Source: Candidatus Eiseniibacteriota bacterium (lineage in GTDB: Bacteria; Eisenbacteria; RBG-16-71-46). Taken from it: a stretch of 64,000 nucleotides of DNA. Made by a program: the position numbers and the translations under genes. Below are positions 19,801 through 29,838 of the stretch, piece by piece (the first letter of the stretch is position 1; each line of letters starts with the position of its first letter). The notes under the pieces are model-generated. The model made no database searches. It saw nothing but the letters and a program-made list of their open reading frames with translations, and was not told the DNA's origin. The stretch is from contig DATEMP010000019.1 in the NCBI GenBank assembly GCA_035275545.1, forward strand, positions 2,538 through 66,537, read 5' to 3'.

Positions 19801-20535
19801 CTACCGATAGCGGATCTTCATCGCTCCCCACGTGGCCGCCGGCGACAGCGCTGCCCCATCGCTGCCCTCGGTCGATTCCGCGCCCATGACCGGGATCACG
19901 CGCCGCGAGATCGTCACCTTCACGTCGCCCATGTCGCCCCAGTAGCCGTGGTTGCGGGTCGCCGAGCAGTTGCCATCGAGGAACGCCGGGTACCCGAACT
20001 TCGGCTCATCCACCTCGCCCCATGCCAGGCAGCGATTGAACTCGAACCGAACGACCCGGCCGAGCTTCGTGATGCCGGAGGCGACCGCGATCATCTCCGC
20101 CTTCACGAGCTTCATGTTCTCGTAGGTCTCAGTGAGCACGACTTTGTTGGTCCCAATCGCCCCGTTGAGCGTGCCCCACGTGGTCCCCCACGGGCCTTCC
20201 TGGTAGAGGATGAACTTGCCACCTTCGAACACTGTGGTGGTCATGAGAACGCCGTTGCCCTTGGAGTCGAGGGCGCCTTTGACGTCGGCGGGCATGTACT
20301 GAACGCCGCACTGGAGCACCCACTGGGTTCCGAGCGTCTTCCCGTTCCACGAAGCGATGTTGAAGACCTGCTCGGCCTCGGGGACCTTGAGCTCGTCCTC
20401 GGACTGAGTGAGTCGCGCCGCGAACAAGTTGCCGTTGGTGGAGCTGAAGACATCGTCGCCCAGGCCGGCCCAGCTCGCGGACGCAAACGACAGGGCCACG
20501 ACCACACCAACACATGCTGCAATCTTGGAGCGCAT
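19801..20535 (-). CDS. Secreted hypothetical protein with C-terminal TWGAMKIRYR tail
   Basis: ORF trimmed to the ATG at 20535, which is preceded by GGAGG. Signal peptide MRSKIAACVGVVVALSFASASWA. Confidence 0.65.
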   Translation of the reverse strand: MRSKIAACVGVVVALSFASASWAGLGDDVFSSTNGNLFAARLTQSEDELKVPEAEQVFNIASWNGKTLGTQWVLQCGVQYMPADVKGALDSKGNGVLMTTTVFEGGKFILYQEGPWGTTWGTLNGAIGTNKVVLTETYENMKLVKAEMIAVASGITKLGRVVRFEFNRCLAWGEVDEPKFGYPAFLDGNCSATRNHGYWGDMGDVKVTISRRVIPVMGAESTEGSDGAALSPAATWGAMKIRYR

Positions 20536-20875
20536 GAGTCCCTCCTGTGGATTCGCCCGGTGGCCGTCACGGCCACTCAACGACCACCCAGCAGTCAGAT
20601 CCCACTCGTGCGACATGCATGGGGTGAGCCACACCGGAGCGACTAGGGTGTCCCTCGACGGCGCGAGATAACCGTCGCTTGTGACGAAAGGTGCGAGTCG
20701 GTGTGTGGCGAGGCTCGATCGCGGCGGCGGCGCCGATCCGCCAACGCGGCATGACAGCGTGTCAGCGCATGTCACAAATGTCAGGCGCCGCGGGCGCAAG
20801 CGGCGCGACGAATGCGACGATAACGAGAAGGAAGCCGGCGGGACGCACTGAAGCGCCTCCTGGAGGGACTACGGG

Positions 20876-21670
20876 GTGCGGAACCAGGAAAGAATGCTCG
20901 TTTTCGTCATCGCCGCATCGTCGATTGCGGCGGTGGACCCCCGCTACGTCACCCCGCTCGACGGGACGCTCCCGAAACCCTCGGCGCCCGTCGTCTACAG
21001 CGTCACCCGCGACACTCCGGCGGCGCGCGCGGGCTTGGTGGTCGGCGACACGATCTGGAGCATCGATGGCTCGCCGGTTGCGACGCTCAGCGACCTGAAG
21101 CACATCCTGCTGCGCAGGCGCGGCATCGGCCCCGCGAGGTTCGTGGTCGGGACGCGCAGCGGCAGGAAGACGGTCGACATCACGCCGGTCGGTGATCCGC
21201 CCAAGGTCGGCGTGCTGGTGACCGACGTTCAGGTGCGGCCCGAAGCGGTCCAGCTCGACGACCCGCACGGCGCAGTGCTCGTATCGGTGACCGAGTGGGC
21301 CGGCTACACGCTCGTCCAGGTGATGGCGAAGAATCGGGGCAAGCGCCCGATGCCCTTCGGCGCCAAGTACGTGGAGCTGATCGATGGGCGCGGCGCCGCG
21401 ATCAAGACGGTAACCGCCGAGAGCATGATCGCCCGCGTCTACGAATCGGACCCAGACACCGCCCAGTCGTCGGCCGTCGAGCGGCGGAACCGCGCCAACG
21501 ATATTCGCGATATCCGGATGAGCACGATGAAGGACACGGTGATCCTGCCGGGTGGCGACGCGTCCGGGTTCCTCAACGTGGCACGAACGGGCGTCGCCCA
21601 GCCCCTGACGGTGCGGGTCACGCTCTCGGGGCGCGTCTACACCGCGCGGTTCGGCAAGGCGCGGGGATGA
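20876..21670 (+). CDS. PDZ-domain protein
   Basis: The segment VTRDTPAARAGLVVGDTIWSIDGSPVATLSDL is a typical PDZ carboxylate-binding/GD motif. Start uncertain (GTG at 20876 or ATG at 20894). Confidence 0.6.
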   Translation: MRNQERMLVFVIAASSIAAVDPRYVTPLDGTLPKPSAPVVYSVTRDTPAARAGLVVGDTIWSIDGSPVATLSDLKHILLRRRGIGPARFVVGTRSGRKTVDITPVGDPPKVGVLVTDVQVRPEAVQLDDPHGAVLVSVTEWAGYTLVQVMAKNRGKRPMPFGAKYVELIDGRGAAIKTVTAESMIARVYESDPDTAQSSAVERRNRANDIRDIRMSTMKDTVILPGGDASGFLNVARTGVAQPLTVRVTLSGRVYTARFGKARG

Positions 21671-21671
21671 A

Positions 21672-23423
21672 TCAGCGTACGACGGCGACCTTGCCAGTCT
21701 GAGTGGTGAAGTCCGAGACCAGCCGCGCGAAGTAGAGGCCCGAGGAGATCGAGGCCGTCCCCGGCATCGCCACATCGGTGGCGCCTTGCGTGAGGCCATC
21801 CAGCGTCCGCGACGAGATGCGCCGGCCGCCCACATCGAACAGCTCGAGCCGCGCGGGTTTGCCCCAGACCGTGATCCGGGCCACGACGCCCGAGCCGCGC
21901 ACGTAGCGCACGCCGTCGAGAGTCGAGACGTCGCCGACGCCGCCGGGCGGCGGCACGCCGGTCACCTCACCCACGGTCGAGAACCGACGCGCGAACAGGC
22001 CGAATCGCTCGCGCACCTGCGACCAGAAGAACACCACACCATTCGTGCCGGCCTTGGCGAGGCCGATGTCGCCGTACCACTGCTGGAGCGGCTCGGCGTG
22101 GCTCTCACCGAACGTGGTCCATCCGGCGGGCGCGTTCGACTGGTCGAGTCCGATGAAGGCGTTGATGTCGAAGGGGTGCGATGGGCCGGTGCCTTCGAAC
22201 GCCGCGGCGAACACGCCACCGTCGCCCTTGGGAACCAAATCGTGCCCCGCCGCGACCACCTGCAACTGTCCGGCAAATGGCCCGGCGTCGGTGGTGCGCG
22301 AGACCTCGGTCATCGCGGGAGAATCAGTCGGGAAGCGCACCCGCTCGACGATTGCTCCATCCTGTCCGTCCGGGTGCACGCGTACGCCACCATCCAGGTT
22401 GTCGGAGCTGGCCCAGTAGGAGTCGAACCCTGGCGGCGTGGCGCGGCCTTCGACCGGCCAACCTGCCGCCGGTTGCCCATCGCCCAGCAGGCGGCGGAGC
22501 CGCACATCCAACGAGTTCGACGCGCTTTCATCCTGGTACAGCCTTCCGGTCGCGACGAACACACCCCCGCGCCCGTCGGGCGATACGTCGATGAGCGGGC
22601 CCGGGAGGAACGACATTCCGAGGATCTCGGGGCGGTACGGCTCCAGGAAGACGCCGGTCGAAGGCCACCCGGCGGCGTTCACCGCCGCACCGGTGAGCCG
22701 GCGCAGGTAGAGACCGCTCTCGACCTGCGTGGTGTCCGAGCTCTGCGACGCCCAGGAGACGAAGATGCCGCCATCGGGCGCGAGCGCGAGATCGGGATAG
22801 AGTCGCATCGACAAGACCGCGCCCGCCGGCGACACGATGCGCGACATGTTCGGCCAGCCACCCGCGCCCAGGCCGTCGGTGCCGAGCCGCTGAACATAGA
22901 TCGAGTTGCCACCCGTCCAGGCGACGTAGATCCCGTGCGCGCCGTCTTCGATCAAGCGCGGGCGCCCGAAACCGATCAGGGTGCTCCCAAGCGCCTTGCC
23001 CGTGGCGGCCCAGCCACTCACCCCTGCGCCGCTCGCATCGAGGTGGGTCGCGTAGAGGCTGCTGCCCTGGTTCCAGCACACGTAGACGCCGCCCTGGCGA
23101 TCCGGGACCACATCGGCGAACTCGCGTGCGACATCAGCAGTAGTGGCGAGGGCGCCGCCGACGGGCCAGGCGGGATCGAGGTCACCGGTGGAGACCAGGT
23201 GCTGGACCCGGAGCATCCCCGCGGAGCCGCTCGTGATCTCCTGCCAGACGACGAAGGTGCCGGAGCCGCCGTCGGTACAGGCAGCGACGATCGGAATGCT
23301 CGCGGTCGTGGGCCGCACCGTCACGCCGTCGGGACCCCAGGCGGCGAGTGCGCTGGAAGACGGCCCGCCGATGGCGAGCGCGATCAGAACCCGGAGGATG
23401 GCGACAGAGCTGCGGCGTGTCAT
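21672..23423 (-). CDS. Secreted repeat protein with FlgD-Ig-like C-terminal domain
   Basis: Signal peptide. Degenerate repeats of about 50 aa (DGGSGTFVVW, DRQGGVYVCW, DGAHGIYVAW, DGGIFVSW, DGRGGVFVAT) are related to those in the 53224..56184 protease. C-terminus is LELFDVGGRRIS...GLYFARL. Confidence 0.75.
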   Translation of the reverse strand: MTRRSSVAILRVLIALAIGGPSSSALAAWGPDGVTVRPTTASIPIVAACTDGGSGTFVVWQEITSGSAGMLRVQHLVSTGDLDPAWPVGGALATTADVAREFADVVPDRQGGVYVCWNQGSSLYATHLDASGAGVSGWAATGKALGSTLIGFGRPRLIEDGAHGIYVAWTGGNSIYVQRLGTDGLGAGGWPNMSRIVSPAGAVLSMRLYPDLALAPDGGIFVSWASQSSDTTQVESGLYLRRLTGAAVNAAGWPSTGVFLEPYRPEILGMSFLPGPLIDVSPDGRGGVFVATGRLYQDESASNSLDVRLRRLLGDGQPAAGWPVEGRATPPGFDSYWASSDNLDGGVRVHPDGQDGAIVERVRFPTDSPAMTEVSRTTDAGPFAGQLQVVAAGHDLVPKGDGGVFAAAFEGTGPSHPFDINAFIGLDQSNAPAGWTTFGESHAEPLQQWYGDIGLAKAGTNGVVFFWSQVRERFGLFARRFSTVGEVTGVPPPGGVGDVSTLDGVRYVRGSGVVARITVWGKPARLELFDVGGRRISSRTLDGLTQGATDVAMPGTASISSGLYFARLVSDFTTQTGKVAVVR

Positions 23424-23562
23424 GGACGCTCCGAGGGGAGACTTGAGGCTAGACCCGACCCGGGATTTGGGTCAACGCAGAAACTTCTGGCCCCAAGGGT
23501 TGCGGGAGCCGAAATACCTGCTAGCGTCCGGCAACAGCCGGGCGCCTCATCTGGAGGCTTCG

Positions 23563-24501
23563 ATGCGACACGCCCTTCGGGCGTTCGTGCTGTGCCTGGC
23601 GCTCATACCGGCGGCAGCCCACGCGCAGGTCCCGGCGTACCTCTACTCCTGGGGCACTCCCGGCACGATGTCGGGCGAGTTCCAGTTGGCGCACGGGATC
23701 TGCGTCGACGCCAACGGCCTGGTGTACGTCGGGGACACCGCGAACCAGCGCATCCAGAAGTTCACGAACGCCGGCGACTACCTGTCCGAATGGCCGGTGC
23801 CCTTCCCTTCCGGCCTCGCGGCCGACCCGTTCGGCAACGTGTTCGTGACCAGCGATGACTTCGTGCACAAGTTCACGTCCACCGGCGTGCCGGTCGCCTC
23901 GTGGGGCGGGACCGGCTCGGTGCCCGGGCTCTTCCAGTTCCCGCTCGACCTCGCGGTCGACCCGAGCGGCAACGTGTTCGTCGCCGACTGGATGAACCAC
24001 CGCATCCAGAAGTTCACCAACGCCGGCGTGTACGTGACCCACTGGGGCACGGAGGGCTTCTCCGACGGCCAGTTCCAGCAGCCCACCGGAATTGCGTGCG
24101 ACGCCGCCGGCTTCGTCTACGTGGCGGACGGTGGGCGCAACCGCGTGCAGAAGTTCACCAACGACGGCGTCCTGGTCACCGCCTGGGGCTCGGCCGGCAC
24201 CGGCAACGGCGAGTTCGGCTTCCCGGTCGGGATCGCGGCGGACATCGACGGGTTCGTCCACGTCTTCGACACCGACAACCATCGCGTCCAGGTGTTCCGC
24301 GCCGACGGAAGCTTCGTGAGCGCCTGGGGATCGCAGGGATCGGGCTACGGCCAGTTCGCGGCCTCGGCCGCCCTCGACGTGGACGCCACGGGCCGCCTGT
24401 TCGTCATGGACAAGGACAACGCCCGCGTCCAGGCGTTCGAAAAGCTCTCGACCCCCGCGCTGCGCAGCACCTGGGGCGCGGCCAAGGCCGCGTGGAGATA
24501 G
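23563..24501 (+). CDS. Secreted six-bladed NHL-repeat protein with C-terminal STWGAAKAAWR tail
   Basis: ORF 23143..24501 trimmed to the ATG at 23563, which is preceded by GGAGG. Signal peptide MRHALRAFVLCLALIPAAAHA. Six units of G-x-F-x-x-P-x-G-x-a-x-D-x-x-G-x-v-Y-V-x-D-x-x-N-x-R-I-Q-K-F. Confidence 0.85.
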   Translation: MRHALRAFVLCLALIPAAAHAQVPAYLYSWGTPGTMSGEFQLAHGICVDANGLVYVGDTANQRIQKFTNAGDYLSEWPVPFPSGLAADPFGNVFVTSDDFVHKFTSTGVPVASWGGTGSVPGLFQFPLDLAVDPSGNVFVADWMNHRIQKFTNAGVYVTHWGTEGFSDGQFQQPTGIACDAAGFVYVADGGRNRVQKFTNDGVLVTAWGSAGTGNGEFGFPVGIAADIDGFVHVFDTDNHRVQVFRADGSFVSAWGSQGSGYGQFAASAALDVDATGRLFVMDKDNARVQAFEKLSTPALRSTWGAAKAAWR

Positions 24502-24525
24502 CCGCGATCCGCTAGACTCGGCTCC

Positions 24526-25251
24526 ATGAACGAGACCGCGGAGACGATCCCAACCGAAGTCGGTCCCCTGACCGTCCGTCCTCTCGCTCAGGAAACGCTG
24601 CAGGGGCTCGGCCGCTTGTTCCCAAAGGTCGGCTGGTATGAGGACCAGGGCCATCGCCTGCTGGCGCTCCTGCCGGTCGATGGTGAGCGTGTGCTCCATG
24701 GTCTTCGTACCGCGTACGGCTGGTACCCGCCCGAGGAACGGCAGGCGGTGGAAGGGATGTTCGACATGGAGCGCCTCGTGATCATCGAGGCGGTGGCCGC
24801 GTTCCGCCGTCGTGGCTTTCGCGGCGTCCTCGTGCCGGCGGCGTGCATGTCGGTCTCGGCCGACGGTCGGTCTCAACTGGGCGAGCTGTTCTTCCTGCGC
24901 GCGCACGGCCGCCTGGCCAATGGTGACGCGCCCAACGAAACCGTCTGGGATGACCGCTTCGGCGAGGGAGCCACCGATGTGCTGGTCTCGCTCATCCGGC
25001 ACGTGGTCACGGTGTGGCACACGTTGAGGGCCGCCGGCGTCATGACCGATTTCGAGGTGTGTCCCGCCAACTGGGCGCCGGCCCGGTGGCAGGCGGATCT
25101 CGCCCTGGTCGACGACCGGGTGGTGGTCATCACCCCGAAGCTGACGGCGGATCACCCGATCCTCGAAGCCCTGGTCCGTCATGGCATCACCGAGGTCGAG
25201 CACATGCCGTCGGTGTTCGTGATGGAGCGCGCGGGCTCGCCTACCGGCTAG
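24526..25251 (+). CDS. Hypothetical protein
   Basis: 241 aa. It starts 24 nt after the NHL gene stop on the same strand. No motif recognised. Confidence 0.5.
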   Translation: MNETAETIPTEVGPLTVRPLAQETLQGLGRLFPKVGWYEDQGHRLLALLPVDGERVLHGLRTAYGWYPPEERQAVEGMFDMERLVIIEAVAAFRRRGFRGVLVPAACMSVSADGRSQLGELFFLRAHGRLANGDAPNETVWDDRFGEGATDVLVSLIRHVVTVWHTLRAAGVMTDFEVCPANWAPARWQADLALVDDRVVVITPKLTADHPILEALVRHGITEVEHMPSVFVMERAGSPTG

Positions 25252-25254
25252 AAG

Positions 25255-25833
25255 CTAGAGATCGGCGACCTCTCTTCGGGCGCGCTCTAGCAAGTCCGTG
25301 ATCTTCAGTTCTCGCGCCCAGGTCTCGAGATAGGGCTCATCGAGCCGCCCCCGGGCGGCGCTGAGGATCGAGAGGACGTCCTGCCATTGGCGTTCCGAGA
25401 CTTCGCCACCACGCCGAAACCACTCCAGCTTGCGCAGGACTGTGTCCTCGGGGCTCTTGAGAAGCACTTCGTGCGCTTCCTCGTCACCGACCTCTTGCCG
25501 AATGGATCTGCGCAGCTCCTCGGCGTCGAACGGGCCCGAGCCCTTGATGAAGAAGTCGATCTTGAACGAGGTCTGGTCGTGGATGGCGTTGAAGGTGCTC
25601 CTCTGTGACAACGCCTCGGCTGCGGCCGATCGGCTCACGTAGAACTCGGGCTCCAGCTCGCGAATCAAGGATTCGAGCTGCTCCTTGGTGGGATCGATGA
25701 CGACGTCGATGTCGGCGGAAGCGCGATACGTGCCATGGGCAGAGCTGGCGACCGATCCCCCCACGTGATACGGAATGCCCAATCGTTCGAGGAGTCGCGC
25801 GATATGAACCAGGAACTCGGTAGGTAGGGTCAC
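25255..25833 (-). CDS. Minimal nucleotidyltransferase (pol-beta superfamily) family protein
   Basis: GGSVASSAHGTYRASADIDVVI matches the G-[GS]-x(9-13)-D-x-D NTase signature. The GTG start overlaps the upstream stop (GTGA at 25830-25833). Confidence 0.75.
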   Translation of the reverse strand: MTLPTEFLVHIARLLERLGIPYHVGGSVASSAHGTYRASADIDVVIDPTKEQLESLIRELEPEFYVSRSAAAEALSQRSTFNAIHDQTSFKIDFFIKGSGPFDAEELRRSIRQEVGDEEAHEVLLKSPEDTVLRKLEWFRRGGEVSERQWQDVLSILSAARGRLDEPYLETWARELKITDLLERARREVADL

Positions 25834-26099
25834 GGCGCCGGTCGTTCGAGGCGAGCTCTGCGGTGTTCGAGCACCTTAGCGGCGAGTTCCCGCCCCAGGA
25901 CCAGCTCGAAGAACCGGATGTCGAGCTCCTCTTCCGTGATTCCCGGGTGACGGCGCCTTATGCCCTCCCTGCTCATGGACCGGACGAGTCGAGTCAGGTC
26001 ATCCATGAGGGCGAGCCGCTGCCGCACCGGAATACGACGCAGGGCGGCGAATTGGACGCGAAGCGCTTCGCGCGAAGTGTCGTCCGAGAAGGCGCTCAC
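25830..26099 (-). CDS. Small protein, putative cognate partner (antitoxin-like) of the nucleotidyltransferase
   Basis: ORF 25830..26189 trimmed to the GTG at 26099, which overlaps the stop of the upstream 638-aa gene (GTGA at 26096-26099). About 89 aa, helical and charged. Confidence 0.5.
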   Translation of the reverse strand: MSAFSDDTSREALRVQFAALRRIPVRQRLALMDDLTRLVRSMSREGIRRRHPGITEEELDIRFFELVLGRELAAKVLEHRRARLERPAP

Positions 26100-28012
26100 C
26101 GACGGGGCTTTCGCTTTTGTTCCCGCAGGCGCTTCGCCTCGCGCCGTGCGGCCCGCATCCATTCGACCGCCCCGGCCGTGCCCTTCCATGATGCCGCGAG
26201 CGCGAAGCCCACGAGCACCGCCTCGTCTTCACTACCGAGCGCGTACGAGCCTGGACGCCGGCCTGGAAGCGCCTCGTTGCCGATCAGATACTTCACCGCG
26301 TGCGGATTCGCGCGGATCCCCGCCGCGCGCCAGCGACGCGCGAGGTCGCCATCCCCTTCGCGCCGGAACTCCACCAGCGCCCGCGCGTAGCGAAGCATCG
26401 CGGAGATGTCCTCGTCGTAGCCGCCGAGTACGGCTGCGGCCTCATCGTCGCGCCCCATCTCGATCAGCCTCGGAACGAGCACGAGCCGAATGCCCTGATT
26501 GTCCCCCGGGTTCAGGCGCAGGAGATCCGTCCAGTGCTCGAACGCCTGCTGGTGCTCGCCGGCCTCCCACAGACCTTCCGCCAACCCTGCCCGGGCGCGC
26601 ATGTAGGGGCGCGTCTCGAGCACGCCCCAGAAGTGTCCGATCCGATCCTCGAACGGGCCGGGGCCCAGCACGCGCTCCGCGGCCTCTGTGCCGCAGCGAT
26701 AGAGCTCGATCCGTCGCGCGAGGTCGGGCATTTCCTCCGCGAGCAACACCCATGCCTCGGCGCACTCCGGAAACACCCGCAGCGCCTCGCGCGCGAGCTT
26801 GATGCGCATCCGGCCCTCGGCCTCGAGCGCCTCGTAGAGCAACTCCTGGGCCCGCTCCGCTGGTCCCTCGGCCGGGGCGTGAGGCACGGGCTTGCCGAGC
26901 AACGACTGAAGGTATTCATTCGCTTCTTCGGGATTCTCGAACTCTCGCTCCGACAGGAGACGCTTTACGTCGACGAGCACCCGCTCGCTGAGACGTCGAT
27001 CCGGCGCCGTCTCCTGGGCCTTGGTCCGCGGCTTCAGGATCGCCGGGATCGAGAGGTCGATCGTGCGCTCACCGTCGTGCGTCGCAACAGTCCTGGACCA
27101 GCGGCCCTGGTCCAGCTCGTCCTCGGTCGTGGCGGCCAGCGCCCTCAACAACCCCTCCGCGAAGGTCAGGCGCGCAGCGTCGGGCGCCTTTCCGGGCGCG
27201 GAGCGGAGGCTCTGGGTGAGCGTCGGATACGCGTTCTCCGCCGCGAGCGGGAACCCCTGCTCCTCCCAAAGGTCGGCATCCACGATGGACATGGTGAAAA
27301 CCGGATCGAAGGACAGGAACCAGTGCGGCCCCGTCAGCATGGCAGCGGTATCGATCTCGCCGGCGAACATGCGCTCGTATTCCCGCTCCGAGCGGTAGAA
27401 GCCGATGCCGAACGTCACGCCGGCACACCCCAGCACCGTGAACCACTTGAAGCCCGGGTCGGGGACCGGCGAGTCCACCCGGACCAGGTCCTCGTCCATC
27501 AGATGGTTCCACGGTGCGGCGCGATAGAAGCTCGCCGCAGCATCCGCAAAAGAGCGGGCTCGTTCGACCTCCACGCCGTCGAGGATGCTCGCACGCCCCG
27601 CGGGCCCGGCCATCGAGTCGACCATGTGGCGATAGGCATCGTCCACCAGGGGAAGGCTCTCCGCGAGATCGATCCCGATGCGCTGGTCAACGAGCATCGA
27701 GCGCAGCGCCTCCACGAGCCGCGCATCGCGCACCGCGATGCGCTCGGGCCGGGCTCGGACGTCCCGGATGAGCGCGAGCGATCGGATCGCCTCGAGCGCC
27801 GCACGGTCGTCCTCCTCCCCGCGCTCGAAGGGCTTGCTGGCGCCGAGCAGGCCAAAGGTCTCGCTGAGACAGAGCGCGATCCTCGGGCGGTAGGCGGGTC
27901 CATCCGATTCCTTGACCCACTTCGGGAGCCGGACGATCGCCAGCTGCCACGTGTCGGCGATGGTCGGAAGGCGGAGCAGGTGCGCGAGGTCGAGGTCGAG
28001 AATCTGGGACAT
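26096..28012 (-). CDS. Large hypothetical protein with C-terminal TPR-like helical repeats
   Basis: 638 aa. The C-terminal third has TPR-like helices (AEAWVLLAEE..., HQQAFEHWTDLLRLNPGDNQGIR). The N-terminal two thirds are not recognised. Confidence 0.7.
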   Translation of the reverse strand: MSQILDLDLAHLLRLPTIADTWQLAIVRLPKWVKESDGPAYRPRIALCLSETFGLLGASKPFERGEEDDRAALEAIRSLALIRDVRARPERIAVRDARLVEALRSMLVDQRIGIDLAESLPLVDDAYRHMVDSMAGPAGRASILDGVEVERARSFADAAASFYRAAPWNHLMDEDLVRVDSPVPDPGFKWFTVLGCAGVTFGIGFYRSEREYERMFAGEIDTAAMLTGPHWFLSFDPVFTMSIVDADLWEEQGFPLAAENAYPTLTQSLRSAPGKAPDAARLTFAEGLLRALAATTEDELDQGRWSRTVATHDGERTIDLSIPAILKPRTKAQETAPDRRLSERVLVDVKRLLSEREFENPEEANEYLQSLLGKPVPHAPAEGPAERAQELLYEALEAEGRMRIKLAREALRVFPECAEAWVLLAEEMPDLARRIELYRCGTEAAERVLGPGPFEDRIGHFWGVLETRPYMRARAGLAEGLWEAGEHQQAFEHWTDLLRLNPGDNQGIRLVLVPRLIEMGRDDEAAAVLGGYDEDISAMLRYARALVEFRREGDGDLARRWRAAGIRANPHAVKYLIGNEALPGRRPGSYALGSEDEAVLVGFALAASWKGTAGAVEWMRAARREAKRLREQKRKPRR

Positions 28013-28169
28013 GACGTGGGCTCCTCGCGGGGGCAGGAAGAGCCCGAACGCTAATCGGCGGACAACGCCGGGTCAACCGCTACGCCGCGGAAAAGCTCTC
28101 CGCATTCGCCCGTAAAGCGGTAGAATCCCGCCCGTTGGGCCGCAGGAAGTTAGCCTTGGGAGCGCCTAT

Positions 28170-29306
28170 TTGAATTCTGAACGTTACGGCATGCGCCTGG
28201 ACGGCGTGTCCGCCTATGCGCCCGCGCAGGTGTGGAGCAACAACCGGGTTGCCGCCCGGCTGCGCCTGGAGCGCATGCGGATGAGCGCCGGCCAGACCGG
28301 CGAGCTCAGCGCCGAACAGAACAAGCTGTTCGAGACCGGCGACCGCTGGGTGCGGCGGTTCATCGGCTTCACCGAGCGGCGATTCGCCGGCGAGGGCGAA
28401 GGCACCATCGATCTTGCCACGGCCGCGGCGCGGCAGCTCTTCGAGCGCCTCCGCATCAAGCCTGATGACGTCGACGCGATCATCGTCGGAAGCGTGACCC
28501 CCTCCTATCTCTACAGCCCCCCGGATGCCGCGCTGCTCCAGCACGAGCTCGGGATCCCCGTCGTGCAGGGACCCGCGCCCAAGGAGATCGTGGGCGCCGA
28601 CGTGTCGCTCGCCTGCAGCAGCTGGGTGACCTCGCTCATGTTCTGCTACGCGCTGATCCGCGCCGGGATGGCGCGACGCGTGCTGCTGATCGGCGCGGAC
28701 CGAATGAGTGCGGCGATCAACTGGCGCGACCGGAGCTTCGCCACCGTGCTCGGCGACGCCGGCACCGCCACCCTGTGCACCGCCGTCCCCGAGGCGGAGG
28801 ACTGGTTCTCGCCGAACCAGTTCTGGAGCTGGCTCGACGGCAGCCACGCCGAGATCATCCTGACGCCGGTGGGCGGCTCGCGCCGCCCCCGGCCTTCGAC
28901 GGACCAGCTCGACGCCGGTGAGCAGCGGCTGGCAATGGACGGCGCCGAGGTGCGCAAGGTCCTGGTGCCGTTCGTCGGTGGCCCCGCGATCGACGCCGCC
29001 CTGGCCAAGGCGGGATGGAGCCTCGAGGACCTGGACGTGGTCACGCTGCACGAGGCCAATCTCAAGCTCAACGAGTCGATCGTGACCAAGTGGCGCGAGC
29101 GCGGGTTGCGCGCGAACGTGCTCGACGCCGGCGGCCGGTTCGGCAACACCACCAGCGCCTCGATCCCGCTGGCGCTGGCGCTCAATGGCGAGGAGCTCAA
29201 GGTGGGGCGAAAGTTCGGCCTGTTCGGATTCGGCGGCGGCCTGTCTGCGTGCTTCGCGATGGGCACGGTGCGCCATCCGCTCCAGGCTTGGAGCAATGCC
29301 GACTAG
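28170..29306 (+). CDS. 3-oxoacyl-ACP synthase III (FabH/KAS III)-like condensing enzyme
   Basis: Active-site Cys context ADVSLACSSWVTSL. HEANLKLNE (His) and GNTTSASIPLAL (Asn). A TTG start at 28170 has GGGAG 7 nt upstream, and the alternative is the ATG at 28191. No other fab genes are nearby. Confidence 0.85.
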   Translation: MNSERYGMRLDGVSAYAPAQVWSNNRVAARLRLERMRMSAGQTGELSAEQNKLFETGDRWVRRFIGFTERRFAGEGEGTIDLATAAARQLFERLRIKPDDVDAIIVGSVTPSYLYSPPDAALLQHELGIPVVQGPAPKEIVGADVSLACSSWVTSLMFCYALIRAGMARRVLLIGADRMSAAINWRDRSFATVLGDAGTATLCTAVPEAEDWFSPNQFWSWLDGSHAEIILTPVGGSRRPRPSTDQLDAGEQRLAMDGAEVRKVLVPFVGGPAIDAALAKAGWSLEDLDVVTLHEANLKLNESIVTKWRERGLRANVLDAGGRFGNTTSASIPLALALNGEELKVGRKFGLFGFGGGLSACFAMGTVRHPLQAWSNAD

Positions 29307-29394
29307 GCTTTAGCGATTCCGCTTGCTTATTTGGCGGGCGTTGCCGATACTGCGCAGGTCTTCGGTTGCTTGTGGATGCGCCGCCAACCAGATT

Positions 29395-29422
29395 CCGCCA
29401 GAGACAAAGCTGGCGGTTTTTT
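29395..29422 (+). terminator. Rho-independent terminator after the KAS III-like gene
   Basis: Stem ccgccag (29395-29401) pairs with ctggcgg (29410-29416), followed by tttttt (29417-29422). Confidence 0.65.
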
Positions 29423-29536
29423 GTTGCCTGGTAGTTCGCAGTCGATCGAGTACATCGGTCACGAAGACCGAACGCGGCCGCAGCGTGTGACGCGGCATAG
29501 GACGGGCCCTCGGGCCCGAGTACAAGGGAGTTTCAA

Positions 29537-29740
29537 GTGGCTAGTGGCACCGTGAAGTGGTTCAACGAGGCGAAGGGCTTTGGTTTCATCTCTCAGGCGG
29601 ACGGCGGCGAGGACGTGTTCGTCCATTTCTCGGCCATCAACGGCGACGGCTTCAAGACGCTCGCCGAGGGCGAGGCGCTCGAGTTCGACGTGACCCGCGG
29701 TCCGAAGGGGCTGCAGGCGGCGAACGTTCGCAAGGCCTAG
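29537..29740 (+). CDS. cspA: Cold-shock protein (CspA family)
   Basis: [18 protein letters not shown]...DVFVHFSAI contains the RNP1 (KGFGFI) and RNP2 (VFVHF) motifs. An untranslated leader of about 115 nt follows the upstream terminator. Confidence 0.95.
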   Translation: MASGTVKWFNEAKGFGFISQADGGEDVFVHFSAINGDGFKTLAEGEALEFDVTRGPKGLQAANVRKA

Positions 29741-29770
29741 TTCGCACGAGGTACCACCTCGCGCAGCAGG

Positions 29771-29806
29771 GGCGGTGTCCGCAAGGACGCCGCCCTTGGC
29801 GTTTTG
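29771..29806 (+). terminator. Probable rho-independent terminator after cspA
   Basis: ggcggtgtcc-gcaa-ggacgccgcc hairpin with one G:U pair, followed by cttggcgttttg. Confidence 0.5.
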
Positions 29807-29838
29807 TGGGGATCGTGCTGTGATGGAGGCTTGGCCGC

